The notes under the pieces are model-generated. The model was not told the DNA's origin, searched no databases, and worked only from the letters and a program-made list of their open reading frames with translations. A program made the position numbers and the translations under genes. From Lama guanicoe (taxonomy: Eukaryota), in the NCBI GenBank assembly GCA_013239625.1, contig MU054338.1, forward strand, positions 3,433,371 to 3,497,370: a DNA stretch of 64,000 bases, written 5' to 3'. Position 1 is the stretch's first letter; every line of letters begins with the position of its first letter. Of this stretch, positions 21,390 through 34,319 are shown one piece after another.

Positions 21390-21849
21390 TAAAAAAAAAA
21401 TTGCTGTTTAAGGAAGTTTTTGCTTTTGAGGGAAACGCTGGCAGCCCCTGGTCTGCAGCCCTCTCTGTGGTTCACTCTGCTCAGCCACAGGGCTCTTCCG
21501 TCTGTTCCCACTTCACACATGCTGTTCCCTGTGCCTGGACAGCTCAGATGACCAGATGGATGGCTCCTCCTAAACCTACTCCTTAAGGCCTCCCTCACCA
21601 CCCCAGCTAGAGGTGCCCCTGTCCAGTTCGTTTTGCCACCTGATGTTTTCTGTTTTCATGTTAGTTTTCCCTACCAGTCTGGACTGAGCTTTGTTTACAG
21701 CATGTCCCCAGCACCTGGATAACTGTGACTTTCCCTCTTGTCCCAAGATCTCACACCACCCGGGCCCCCAGGAAGCATTTACCAGAAGTGCAATCCCTCA
21801 GCAAAATGACCAGCACATCAGCTGATACTGACACCGTCTATGGCCCCAG

Positions 21850-22072
21850 GGTGGGGCTTGGCAAATTCTTCCTGCAAAGGGCCACGGAGTAAATATCCTC
21901 GGCTTTGCAGGCCGGGTGGCTGTTGCCCAGAATTACTCAGCTCTGCCACGGTAGCTGGAAAGCTGCTACAGGCAAGGCATGAAAAAAAATGCCCATGTCT
22001 AAGTAAAACTTTATTTATCAAAACAAGTGGAGGGCCAGATTTAGCCATGGCCCGTCGTCTGCTGGCCCCTGT
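21850..22072 (-). mobile_element. MER58A-like MITE (opposite orientation)
   Basis: ggcaaattcttcctgcaaagggcc...gtaaatatcctcggctttgcaggcc...aaaactttatttatcaaaacaagtggagggccagattt. Confidence 0.75.
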
Positions 22073-22618
22073 TCTAAAGCTAGAAAAATATTTGGGGGCA
22101 CCCTCCTCTGAATCTCACCACTAACTTGAGACATCAGGAAAATCTGTAATCCGCCCCCTCCTCATGTTTTCTCTCTCTGAGTCTTTGCATAAGCTATGTC
22201 CTTTTCTTAGACATGTTTCTGATCTTTTCTGGCTCATTCCTGTTCCACTGTTAGCCTTTCCCTGAACCCAGCTTTCCTGGGAGCTGGAACCTTTTTCCTG
22301 GGGGTCTGAGCAGCACTGCATGGCCCCCATCACTGCTCTAACCAGCCTGCATCCTAGCCGCCCAGCTACACGGCATCTACCTCTTTGGATGTGAGCTCAA
22401 CAGAGCCAGACTGGGTCTCATTCCACATGCTGGGCCCAGAATAATTTAACACCAATAAATGTTTGTTGACAAAACAACAGTCCTCTTCACAGCCGGGAAG
22501 GAATGATTAATCCGAAATAGTAACTCAGAGGTTTTTCCACCTGTACCTGCTCCCCTCAGCACACACTCCTGAGGTCGGGGCTGACCTGCCTCCCCCATGC
22601 CCCACAGGCCATGCTTAC

Positions 22619-22888
22619 ATTTCACTGTGATCTGAGCCACGGCCTCGATGACACCCAGGCTGGACATGGCCACACACGTGTAGTTGGCAGAGTCCTTGAC
22701 ATCAGTGAGTTCCAGCACATTCCGGCCCACAGGCATGTCATCCTCGGGCGTCAGGTCCTCCGCCCCCTGCATCCACTTGACGTATGGCATGGGCGAGCCC
22801 ACGGCCACGCAGGTGATGTTCACGTTGCCACCTGGCATGATCTCGTGGCTCATGGGCAGGATGGAGAATCGTGGAGCCACGCGGCGGA
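22619..22888 (-). CDS. PTPRS: PTPRS exon 10 (Ig3)
   Basis: [31 protein letters not shown]...AVAQITVK. 270 nt. Confidence 0.97.
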
Positions 22889-22923
22889 CTGGGGGGGCGG
22901 GGCGGGCAGGAGGGAGGTGTGGG

Positions 22924-22944
22924 NNNNNNNNNNNNNNNNNNNNN
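22924..22944. other. Assembly gap (21 N)
   Basis: N run. The same 19-mer ggcaggagggaggtgtggg lies on both sides. Confidence 0.99.
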
Positions 22945-23782
22945 GGCAGGAGGGAGGTGTGGGGGGGGTGGGAAGGAGTGGGCGAGAGATGTGGGGGGGG
23001 ATGGGGCGAGTGGGAGATGCAGGGGAGGGGAGGGGGAGAAGGAATGTGGAGGAGAAAAGAAAGAAAAGCAGGCAGAAAGAAAGAAACAAGGAAAGAAAGA
23101 AAAAAAGGAAAAAAAAGTGGAAAACAATTTAAATATAAACAAGGCTGTTGCCTTCCCCCCAGTTGAGATTTTTTTTCTTCCAAATGAAAGAAAACAACAA
23201 CCAAAAAAAAACCAAATTAATAAACCAAATTCCAACAAAAAGAAACCAAAACTTCAAAGGAAGGTATTTCACAAAACAAGAGAGAGAGATATATATTGAT
23301 ATATAATAAAAGAGACATGAAGCATTATTTCATAGCAACAGGGTTTCAGAGACCAGAGTGGCTGGTCACAGCACAGTTACGAACACAAAAATTTATCAGC
23401 CGTTTCTCATCTTTGCTGACAGACGTGGCTTCGGGGAGCAGCCCCTCCACCCGCTCTCCGAATGGGAAGCTTCGGAAGAATCAGGCCGCAGGGGTCAGGG
23501 GTCTCTGGGAAGGTTGGACGGGGGGTGGGCACGGTCATGGGAAGAGGTGGGACCGGGAGACAGAGGGGGCTGGGATCTTGGCCCCCCACCCTCACCCCCT
23601 CTGGTGACCCAGGGGCCCCTCCCACTTCCTGGGAGCCCTCAAGGAAAAGATGAGAAACTCTAATGAAATTTTTGTGGTTTTGGGGTCTAGAAACCCTTCT
23701 AAAAGCTTCTGTCGGATCTGACAAGTTTCCATTGATAGATGCAGCTCTCAGAATCACAAACAGCATGCAAAATAGGCTGGCT

Positions 23783-23786
23783 GAGA

Positions 23787-23818
<32 letters not shown>
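23783..23818. repeat. (GA)n microsatellite
   Basis: Direct reading, one interruption. Confidence 0.9.
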
Positions 23819-24088
23819 AAGGGAGACAGGCAGTAGGAGGAAGAAAGAGAAAAGGTTAATGCGAAGAGGCCTGGATCTCAGGGGCCTTGAGTGCGCCCTC
23901 GCGGGGGAGCCAGGGAGAAGAGACAGATGGGCCGAGAGAAAGAGAGAAAAGGGACACAGAGAGGGGGACAGAGACAGAGCGGGGGGGAGGGGGCCCACTT
24001 CAATGCTGCATATTACTTCTAGCGGATGTGACCCAATGTGACGCGTCACATTGTCACATCACAGCCCTGGCAGAATAATAAATAGGAT

Positions 24089-24089
<1 letters not shown>

Positions 24090-24134
<45 letters not shown>
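24090..24134. repeat. (TAA)n microsatellite
   Basis: Direct reading, about 15 units. Confidence 0.95.
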
Positions 24135-24136
<2 letters not shown>

Positions 24137-27100
24137 CGACGAGGGAATGAACTTGAACGCTGAGGAAACAGGGACATGTTCTGTGCATTTCTTAGCGGGG
24201 AAGCGGATGCAGCCTTCTGTCCCAATCTCGCAGACCATGAAGGCAGCAGGAGGCATTTCGGGGGCTCCGTTTTCAGAAGTCAGATGGGTTGGGGGGGGCG
24301 GAGGCTGATGGGCACCTGAACTTCCAAAAGGCACTGTGGCCCCATGGGAGGTGTCTCACTGCAGTGGAAAGGACTTGGGTTAGCGGGCAAATCCTTCTGG
24401 CCAGAACGACGTAGTCCCTGGCTTTGAGAAGCCAGGCGTGCACGCCCCCGGCTTTGGGCAGGTCACGGGGTCTTGTCTTGTAGAGATGACAGACTGGAGG
24501 CTCAGCAAGGCTAAACAGGGCCACAAGGTGACTTTCAGTAACCTGATCTGCCTTGGGTTTTCATTTGGTATTGGGGGTGCAGCTGTACCCCTAAAGGGGT
24601 GGTTGTGGGGATCTGGCCTGTCTACAGAGGAGGGGGCTCCGAGGGAAAGGGGAGGCAGCCCAGTTCCCTCTCTTCCAGCGTGGGTTCCAAGCTGGAAATC
24701 TCAACCCCTGGTCCCTGGATCCAGGCTGGAGGCAAAGAGGAGGGGGAGCTCTGAGGGGGTGGGAGGGAGGGCCAAGAAAGCTGGCAGCCCTTCGGAAAAG
24801 GAAGCCCCACGAAAAGTCCACAAAGTCACGCCGGAGACAGGATGGAGGACGCGGGAGTTATCACCCGAGGGGAGGAGTTGGGGGGCGAGGAGGGGAGACA
24901 CAGGGGTCATGCAGACAGACTAGGGGGGTGGGGCGGGGCGCTGAGATGGGGGGCGGCTCTCTGGCAGGGCTGGGTGGAGGGCGAGGGGGAGTTGAGGGAG
25001 GAATGGGGTCCGGCCAGCCAGCGGACGCGGTCCAGGCCAGCCGCCGGCATCCACAGCGAGGCACGAGTGGGATGCCCAAACGCTGCGTTGTCATGGAAAC
25101 GGAACACGATGGGGGATGAGCGTGGGGGAGCTAATTAATCAAGGACAGAAAACGGCATCGACGTCCAAAACAAAACCAGGAGAAACAGATGAAAAACAAA
25201 GCTGGGGCGAAAAGAAATCCAAAAAACCAACCAAACAAAAAACCCCTCCAACACAAAACACCCAAAAGCAAGAAGGGGGGAAAAGAAACAACAGAAAAAC
25301 CATGGAATGGGTGTGGGGCTGAAAATCGGGGTCTGAAAGGAGGAGGGCTGTGGCTTCCCCAGGGAGGGGCCCCCCACCCTGGCAGAACACAGCATCTGGC
25401 CTCCCCACCCAGCACCCAAGGTTCCTGGCAGAGGCTCGAGGCAGCCACGGAGGTGAGATCCTCACAGAGAAAGAACCTTCGGAGCAAACCAACCCCACCC
25501 CTCGGGAGCCCCTCAGCCCACTTGTCAGTGACACCCTCCCTGCTCCTCAGTTAAGGATGAACAGAGGCCAAGTCACTCTAACCGCACAGCAAGGTGAACT
25601 CAAGGCCTCAGAATCCCATAGAAAAGCTTCCCAGGCAGAGGTGGGGGCGGTGATGAGTCCCCGTGGCCTTGGGAAGGGCCCTCATCCTCCTGGAGCCTCA
25701 GTTTCCTCCTCTGTGAAATGGAGACCATCAGTGATGTGCTGATATGAAGCTGACCAGGGCAGTGCCCGCACATAGGGCACACTCAGCCTGGGCATAGGGC
25801 CAGTGAAGTTTCTTTCTTCCAGGCTTCTAGGGTGCTCTACATTAAGGGGGTTTAAGGATGAATTAGAGTTTAAAACAAAAAAGTAATACAAAGAATTTCT
25901 GTTGAATCTCTATCTCACTTTATCCCTCTTGACCAGTGAGAGGCAAATGACCTTATGCCCATTTTGTGGATGAGGCAGTGGAGGCCCAGAGAGAGGCTAG
26001 GGCGAGCTGGAAGACATGAAGAAAAGAAGTGGTAGGGCCAGAGCTCAAAGTCAGTTATGCCTGATCCCTGCCTCGCAGATAGAGTGAGCCTTCTCTCACC
26101 ACGGTAATTAACAAGGATTATAGACAGATGTCTTCCTGGCGCTTCCAAACTTGTGCATCCTTACCCTCTGGGGGACACCAAAGAGGGCGAAAGCACCCAT
26201 CACCTGAATGGTGCCCAGGAATCACCAGCTGAATAATATCCAGCAACCATCATAATAAATGTCCAGAAGCCATCGTAAAAGGCTCATACTAAAAGGGATT
26301 ATTGAAACAGCAGCGGGAGTAAGAGCTAGCTTTAGGATTTATAGGTTAAACACAAGCCCAATTTATCCCTGTGTAAAGCTCAACATCACGCCCCAAAGAC
26401 CCCGTTCACATCTGATCTGAATGTGTCTTCCCTCAGGAGCGTCATAATTTGGAAAGTACCTCTACCAGTTTTCAAGTAGACACAAGGCATACATCTTGAA
26501 CATGTAAAAAGACTTGCTGTATGGGGCTGTTAACTGTAAGTCAGTTAAGTGTGGGAGGGCACTTATCAACAACAGTATTTTGGTGCTCACAATCCCCAGC
26601 ATGGCCAGCAGCCATCAGTTAAATGGAACTGCCAATATGCTGTGAAGGCTGACACTTAAGACACTTTGCCCACTTGCTTTCTCGCCTGTTCCGCTTGTTT
26701 CTGAGGGAGTGCTGTAGGAAAAGGGCTGGTTTGCCACGAGTTAGGGGAGGACTGTATCCATTAGCACTTGGTGGCTCAAAACCTGCTGCAGGGTCTCATA
26801 AGGCCTCTGGGCATCCTCCCAGCTGGCCAAGGTGGACGGCTGACGCTGTGTTCTGCCCAGTTTGGTGCTGACTCCCACCCATGTCATCTTTCCACCCATG
26901 GCTGCAAGCTTGAGGTGCAGGTTAGAAAGTAAGGTGGGCGCGGCACCCACAGGACGGAGTGGCCCCGCAGGACCCCCGCCCCCAATTACCGACCTGAATG
27001 GAGGGTCCAGGCGGGTTATAAGGGGACCACACCAGCCTTGGTCCTCAGCACGCTCCAGCTGGCTCTCGTTTCCAGCTCTTCTCGTCACCGAGTAGCCGGG

Positions 27101-27165
27101 GGGTCCCAGTGAGGGGGACCCGCGTGGGTGAGGGGGTCAGAAGGGTGGGCAGTGGTGGGTGGTGG

Positions 27166-27237
27166 NNNNNNNNNNNNNNNNNNNNNNNNNNNNNNNNNNN
27201 NNNNNNNNNNNNNNNNNNNNNNNNNNNNNNNNNNNNN
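27166..27237. other. Assembly gap (72 N)
   Basis: N run. Confidence 0.99.
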
Positions 27238-30200
27238 TAAGGCAAAATGACAGACATCTCAACAATTCAGCAAGCCGCAGCTCCGGGGCGTGGGGTGGGG
27301 GGCTCTGCTGGGCATTTTGGGGTGAGAGAAGCTACTGGGTGCTCCTCCAGACTCCAAAATGAAGGTGTGGGAGGGGAGGGGAGGGTAGAGATGCCAAGCC
27401 CTACAGCCTCCACAGGCTTACTCAAGCTTAGATTACACCTGTCAGGGGAAGGGAAGGGGTCTGAGGTCCAACTCCAAAGCCCGTTTCTCAGCCCTTCCGC
27501 TGAACCCCAGCCTGTGGCCCGGGGAGGGCAGGTGCCGCCCCACAGCCAGCCCCGTGCATCTTCCCCGCCCCCCTCACCAGCTCCCTCCGCCACCAGGACA
27601 GCGTGCAAGGCCTGGAGGGACCTGGCTAGACCCCTGGCCCATGGGCTGACCAGTGGCCTTGGCCAGCTGCTGACGTTCTAAGCTGGACATTTTGCTGCAC
27701 TACACTTTTTATTGTTTTTATGTTTTTGGTGCCCTCTCTCTCCCAATCTTTTTTTTTTTTTTCGGTTTTAAAAGAAAATGGGATGGTATCTTGCCAATCG
27801 ACTGAGTTTGATTTCCCCCTCGCTGCGGCCACCGGAGACATGGGGCTTTCCAAATGACAAGGTGTAATCTAACATTCCCCTCACCCCCAAAAAACAGAGA
27901 CAGCGATGCAAAGGGTGTGAGGCAGGCAGCAGGCGGGAGGTGTCTAGAGCTCAGTGTTCCTGCAGAAAGACCCCTGCCCCCCACCCGAGTCAGGGGGAAG
28001 CCTGCCTCCCCACCCCGGAGCCCCCTCTCCCCTCGGGATGAGGGGGGGATGAGGAGAAGGGCTGGGTCCTGATCTGCCACTGCTGACCACCAGGGTCAAG
28101 GCTTTGGGGGCAGGGGTTAGGTGGGGAGGCACGGCCAGGTGTGATCAGTAGGAACTGGGGAGCTTGCCAACACCCCCCGGTGGCAGTCTTTCTGGAGATA
28201 CAGGAGGTGGGGGGCGGGGTTCCAGGCCCAATATCTGTATCTACTCCTGTTTGGGCGTGCCAAGAGGTAAGGGGAACACCTAGAGGTCATATCCACCTTG
28301 GCTTGGGTACCAGAAAGTTAATTTTAAAAACAATCTGTCTCATAAAATTCCATGCTATGAATTGATGTGAAAAGGCCTGGGGATAGGCTGCAGATAAAGG
28401 GTTCTGAAGAACAGCTGGAAGCTGGGGCAATCTAGCTCTCCCTCTGGCATTGGATATCGAGTCTTGTCCTCTTAGCTCAGCATTCAAGTCCTGGCATTAA
28501 ATTATCCCGGCCCCATGTGGCTTCTTCCCCCCAGACCCTGACAATATCCTAAGTCCCTTGAAGATGTAAAATTCTTCCCCACATCTCCAGCTTGCTTCAA
28601 GTTCTGCCCGCATGTTCCTGTGTCATCAAGTGGGTGACATAACATTTAATGGGGTCCTGTGCACCATGGTTCAATAGTGCTATGTTGCTAGATCAAGCAG
28701 TAAAGACACCATTTTTAGCCACTAATTCACACCTTAAAGGCTGACAATTTTAAAGAGGCAAGAAAGAAAATTAACTGCCAGGGAGAATGTAATCCTATCA
28801 TCTTCCCACCTTGTCAAATGTATGAGCTGCATCTTCTCTAGGGGAGTTCTAGGAGCAGAACTGCCAGCTGCATTAAAAAATGGGCTTGCTTTTGACTTTG
28901 GCCCTTTGGATTTCAGATAAATTTCAAGAGAAGGGTATATCTGAATAGCCCACCCCCAGACCACCCAGAGTCAGCAGAAGCTGGAGATTAAGAATTGGAG
29001 GAAGGGTTAGGTTGAGGGTGGGGATTCCCTGCAACTCCTTCCCAGGACTGGTTGCTCTGGCAACAATGTAAATGCTCATAGCTTTCAGGGCAGAACAAGC
29101 CAAGTGGCCCATCTCTTCTGCTGGTACTTATCTGCAAGGGGAGCCTAACATCCAAACTGGGGAGGCCACCAATCTCATGGGAATGGAGTTGGAGCTGGGA
29201 GAAAGTGAGACCATGGGATAGGCTCAGAAAACCACTAGCAAAACATGAAATCTGAGCAAATGAATTAATGTCTGCTCTCCAATTCTTTTCAAAGACATTT
29301 CCCATAAGCCATCTTTTTCAAACAGTGAGTCTGTGAAATACATGATGGGGAAACTGAAGTCCCCAGTGGCTTCCCAGACCATTTACTTGAAGTCTTGGTT
29401 TCCCTGTTTTACAACAATCTTGCTGCAATTTCCTGTCTCCTGTGCACCACCTAAGGCGCTAGACGAGTGTTAATTTCCTGCTCCTAATATGAGCTAGACA
29501 CACTGATGCTTCCTATTGTTCAGATGAGGAAATAGGGACTCCAAGCAATCAAGTGACTAGCCCAAGGCCACACAGCCATGAGGGGTAGAGACAGAATTTG
29601 AATCTGGGTCTCCCTAAGCCCCAAGTCTGTGCTCTCAAAAGTCCAAATGGTCTTCAGAGACCCTCGGCCACCCCTCAGTTCCAATTCACTGAGACCCAGC
29701 TTTAGTGGAGGAGCTGGGAGACCTCTCTCATCCATCTTTTGGGGAGGTTCAGCCTAGCAGCTCTCACACTGGATTCAAAGAGAGACAGGAAAAATAAATT
29801 TCCTAGGATTGCATATAAAACCCTCTTGCCAACTTGGCCCTGAACTTAATAAGTGGGAGTTTAGAGAAGGCAGGTGAGGGATGAGAGAGAGAAAAAGGTG
29901 ACCCCAAACAGACTGGTCTCCACCCTCAACTATCATCGATGTCGGGTAGGGAGCTGAGGGCTACTGGTTATAAGTCTAAATGGATATTTTATTGGGGATG
30001 TTTTTCACTTGGGATTTGGGGCTCTCAAGGGCTTGCCTTTTCTCAAGGAGGGAACAGAAGATGGGAGTGAGCACCTCTAAAGGTTTCAAGAGTGAGAGAG
30101 ACACACAAAGAGAAGAGAGCTGAGAGAGAGAGAGAGAGGCAGAGGGAGAGTCAGGGAGGCAGAGACAGAGGGGGAGAGGCTGTGTCCAAAGTTCCCCAGG

Positions 30201-31676
30201 GTTTTCTCCAGAATTCCACAGTTCTGATGCTCAGGTACTCAGAAAGTGACCGTGCTCTGTTGCTGGACAGAAGACGCCGTGACGGGGCCCAGAGCCTTTG
30301 CGGTGGTGGGGGACGCAGCCAGCATCATCTGGGAGGCAGAGGCATAGCACTCAAGGGCAGAAAAACTGGCCAAGTATTTTTTCCAAAGTCTGTCATGCTA
30401 CACTTTTTTTTCTGATGGGCAGTTCTGTATTGGCGCCCAGCCAGGATGCAAAAAAAGTCATCACATCAGCTGCCATTCTGAGTGCTGCCTGTTTGCTAAG
30501 CACGCAACATTTGGGAAGGATGGTCCAATTAAAGGTGGCCATTTCTCATATTTGAGCATGTTGCTCTGTGGAACAAGAACTCAAAATGCCGGCTGCCCAT
30601 TCAGCTGTGTTTCAAGTGCCTGTTTCTGGGCTGTTTGGAAGAGGGGTAGGTGGTCTCATGCTGAGGCAGAAGGATGGAAACGTGCCTGCTTAAGCTCCCT
30701 TCCAACATGGCCACCCCTTGGGGCTGACCCCCAGCTCTGGGTAGAAGGGGGCTGGCCAATCAGGTCAGGCAAATTGGGCTGCTCTCCTCACACCCCACCT
30801 GGGCTCTGAACTCCCGCCATCTGTCTCTGCCACTTCCCTTGTACCCTGGAGCCCAGGCAGTCACTTTCTGAGCCAGCATCCCAGCTGTGGGACCCTTTCC
30901 ACCCTCCTGGATGGTAGCTGGGACAGGAACACTGGCTTTTAAATCACAATGCGCTTGGAGAACAACCACAAAACAGCTCAGCCCAAGAAACTGAAACCAA
31001 AGAGCACGGAAACACAAGACAGAACCAAAAACGAAACGCTTTGGGGGAGGAGGGGGCCGGGTAAAGGGGATGGGAGGGGAAAAAAAAAACGAACCAATTG
31101 GTTTTTCCCCCCCCAAAAATGAAACAAAACCAAAAAGTTAATCATTAAATAAAAAGAAGAAAGAAAGGAAAAAAAAAAAAAGAAGGAATCCAAAGGAGAA
31201 AAAATGGAACAGAAGACGAGAAACACTCCAACAGAAGGCGCTGGGGATTCACCAAACCGAACCAACAAGAGTGGCATGCAGAGAAATTTTTACATTCTCC
31301 CAGCATGCATCAGGCCCAAGTTACCATGACGACGAGGAGTGCAAAAAACTTAGCAACAACATTACCAAAGGATGCAAAGAGGCGACCACATTGCAAGCAT
31401 CGCATGTGTGCGGCCGGCCCTAGGCCGGGCTGGGCGCGGCTGAGGTTTTCGTGTCTTTCTGGGTTTTTGCTCTCGCTTGGCGGTTGTTTTGTTTTGTTCG
31501 CTTTGCACTCGGTATTCGTATTCCGTTATTTTTTTATGTTCGTTTTTCTATGATTTTCCGTGTGCATGTCTGCGTGTGTCCGTGTGCCTGTCTGTGTGCG
31601 TTTCGTGTGTGTGCGTGTCACTTTCAGAATGTAAAAATGTGGGTAAAGAAAGTAAAAAAGAAAAAAACACACCAAC

Positions 31677-31688
31677 CTTCTCGAAGCT
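31677..31688 (-). CDS. PTPRS: PTPRS 12-nt microexon meB (E-L-R-E, Ig2-Ig3 linker)
   Basis: CCCTCAG|AGCTTCGAGAAG|GTTGGT. Phase 1-1. Confidence 0.93.
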
Positions 31689-33466
31689 CTGAGGGATGTA
31701 AAGGGGGTTTGATGCAGAACACAATGACATGGGGAGAAGAGAAAAAATAGGGGAGATACAGAGAGTAAAAAGAGGACTTCCCAAGGCTAAAAGCTGCAAT
31801 AGTTTGTTGATTTTTTTTCTTTAAACCAAAAAGAAAAATTAAAATTAAAAAATAAAAAGAACAGCAATGACCTTTTAGTCTTTCCTCTGCTCTTTCCTTG
31901 ACATATAAGATCTACTTCTTAATTCAGGTTTGGAGTGTCTGAGACCCAGGCAAAGATTGGGAGGCTGGGCCCCCCAAAAGAAAGGACCCCACCTCCGGGG
32001 GTTGAGCTGAGGACACAGAAGGCCCCCCTCCTTTGTCACACCCTGGCTAGAGGCCCCTCCCCCGCCCTGCCCCACACCTGCTGTCCACACTCTCTTTGAG
32101 CTCTGCCAGACTTACAATCCCCCATCCCAGGTGTTTGCAGAGAAACAAGCAGGTTAGACAAAGACCAGTCGGTTGGAGTCATGGACACATTATAACTCAC
32201 CAGAGGTGCCGTGGCATCGGACTGGATGTGTGCCCTCCTGCCCCCCCGCCCTTGCGTCCCCATTCCCTCCCCCCATGCAGCCTCCTCCTCAGAGACAAGA
32301 TGCAGAACCCAAGTGCAGAGCCAAGGCGCTGCTTCAGGGCCGGTGCGGGACCAAGGGCTGAGGGTCTCTGGGTGAGGGAGGAGCCACCCAGCCTCCAGGT
32401 GGAGAACCGCAAGGGCTTGATGCGTTGAATGGGGGAAGCGGAGGCCCAAAGAGTGTGTGATGGACTCAAGGACACAGAACCAAATGGGGCAGCTCGGGGG
32501 TTTGAACAGGGGCCCCATTTCCTGGCAGGCAGAAGCTGTTTCTACCACGAATCTGATCAGAAACAGCCGTGGGGAGGCGGGAGATGGTGGAGTTTGCAAA
32601 TGGAGGAGGAGGTGGCGGCGGATTATAATTCCTGAAAGGACGGAAGAGACCCGACACGGGGATGAGGGGGTTGACAGAGGCATCTGGGGACAGGGGCAGC
32701 ACCCCCAACCCGGCACCTTTGAGGGGACACCAAGGGGCCCAGAAGGAAGTTTGTGTAGCCGCTTCTCAGGCCCTCCTTGGGTGGGGTGGGGGTGCCGGGG
32801 GGACCCCAAGCTTCTGGGTGTAACTGACTGGGAATTGAAGCTGAGAAACTTCAGCCCAAGCCCCAGGGCATCCGCCCACTGGCCTACAGGAACCCCTCCC
32901 TGAGGGTAATGAGGCTCTGGGGCAGCAGAGGGTGCGGGGCTGGCAGGGGCAGCCTCAAAGGCGCCCCCCTCAGCTCTCAGGTTGAGGGCGCTGGTGTGGG
33001 GCAGTGACGCAGGGAGCTATGAGGCAGGAGCCTGGAGAAGCAAAGCAAGCACACAGCAGGGGAGGCGACCACACGACACACCACAGAAGCCGGCTTGGAG
33101 GGGCGGGCGGGCGGGGTGGGTGGGGCAGAGGCCTGCAGGCTCCCCCGGCCCTGTAGGCCCGCAACCGGGCCCCTTGGCCCTGCCCTGTTCCCTCCTGCCG
33201 CTTCCCACCCCCGAGTCCTGCAGCCCACGGGCGGCCGTCACAAGGCACGGGGGTGGGAGGGGGTTGAAGCTGCTCCCATTTTACAAGCAAGGAAACTGAG
33301 GTCCAGAGAGGAACGCCGCCTCGCCTGAGGTCCCGCGGCCACCAGCGGGGGTGGGCCTTCCTGCTGGGGTCTGCAGGGGACAGGGGAGCCCGGAGGCTGT
33401 GAGCCCAAGAAGGGAAGGGGCGGGTGGGGCGTTCCCTGCCTTCGACCTGGACACGGCGTTCCCTAC

Positions 33467-33577
33467 CTCGCACGTAGAGGTTGGCGGGTGAGGAGTAGCG
33501 CACGCCAGCACTGTTGGTGGCCACACACTCATATTTGCCCTGATCGGTCTCCTCGCTGCTTTCAATCTGCAGGGCTC
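33467..33577 (-). CDS. PTPRS: PTPRS exon 8 (end of Ig2)
   Basis: [37 protein letters not shown]. 111 nt. Confidence 0.97.
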
Positions 33578-34204
33578 CTGTGGGAAGAGAGGGGGAGAAG
33601 GCCTGGCCCGTCAGGGGAGACCCCGGGGGTGTGGGGCGGGGCGGCGGGAGGGCTGTCCCAGAGTCCTGTCCGGCCTGTCTCAGTCTGGCTTGGCCGGAAA
33701 GGTAGAAGAAAAAGCTGAATCAGCCCAGAAGCCCGCACTGGGCTGGGCCCCCGCCTGTCTCCCTCCAACCCTAAGCCTGGCCATCCTGGCCTGAACACAC
33801 TGCGAATCCTCCACCCTCAGCTGGTCTGGGGCTGGGACCTCATAAACGCCTGCCAAGGCAAACGGCGAAGTCCAGGAAAGCACTGAGTGATGCTCTCCAG
33901 GCGGAGATGGGGGTTGTGGGCGGAGAGCAGGTTGACGCTTACGATTCATAGCAGCCATTCCAAAGACCCTGACACCCAGGGGCCACCACAGACAATGTGC
34001 CAACTCAGGGAGCCAGCGGTTGCTCACTGGTTTCAACTAGTGCCCACGTGTAAGTGAACATGGGTCTGGCTTCTTCAAGTATGGTTGGAATCACAGGCCT
34101 CAAGGCCCAGAGCGCCCGTAAGTAAAAGGAGACAGGGTTCTACTTCTTCAAGGTGTTTACATTTCAGGGCTGGGTTACCCTCCAGGAGAGTGAAGGCAAA
34201 GAAT

Positions 34205-34297
34205 GTTTTTTTGTTTTGTTTTTTGTTTTTGTTTGTTTTTTCGTTGGAGTATAGTCAGTTACAATGTGTCCGTTACAGTGTGTCAATTTCTGGTGTA
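34205..34297 (-). mobile_element. 5'-truncated L1 3' end with A-rich tail
   Basis: T-rich run followed by ggagtatagtcagtttacaatgtg...gtgtcaatttctggtgta. Flanked by aaagaatgtt / aaagaaggtt (possible TSD). Confidence 0.65.
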
Positions 34298-34319
34298 AAA
34301 GAAGGTTGAGCGTGGTTCA

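Noticed and set aside
22905..22963. 19-bp direct repeat near the exon 10 acceptor
   Set aside because: It flanks an N gap on both sides, so it is most likely a contig-overlap artefact.
24051..24334. Poly-Ile ORFs on both strands
   Set aside because: Translation of a (TAA)n microsatellite.
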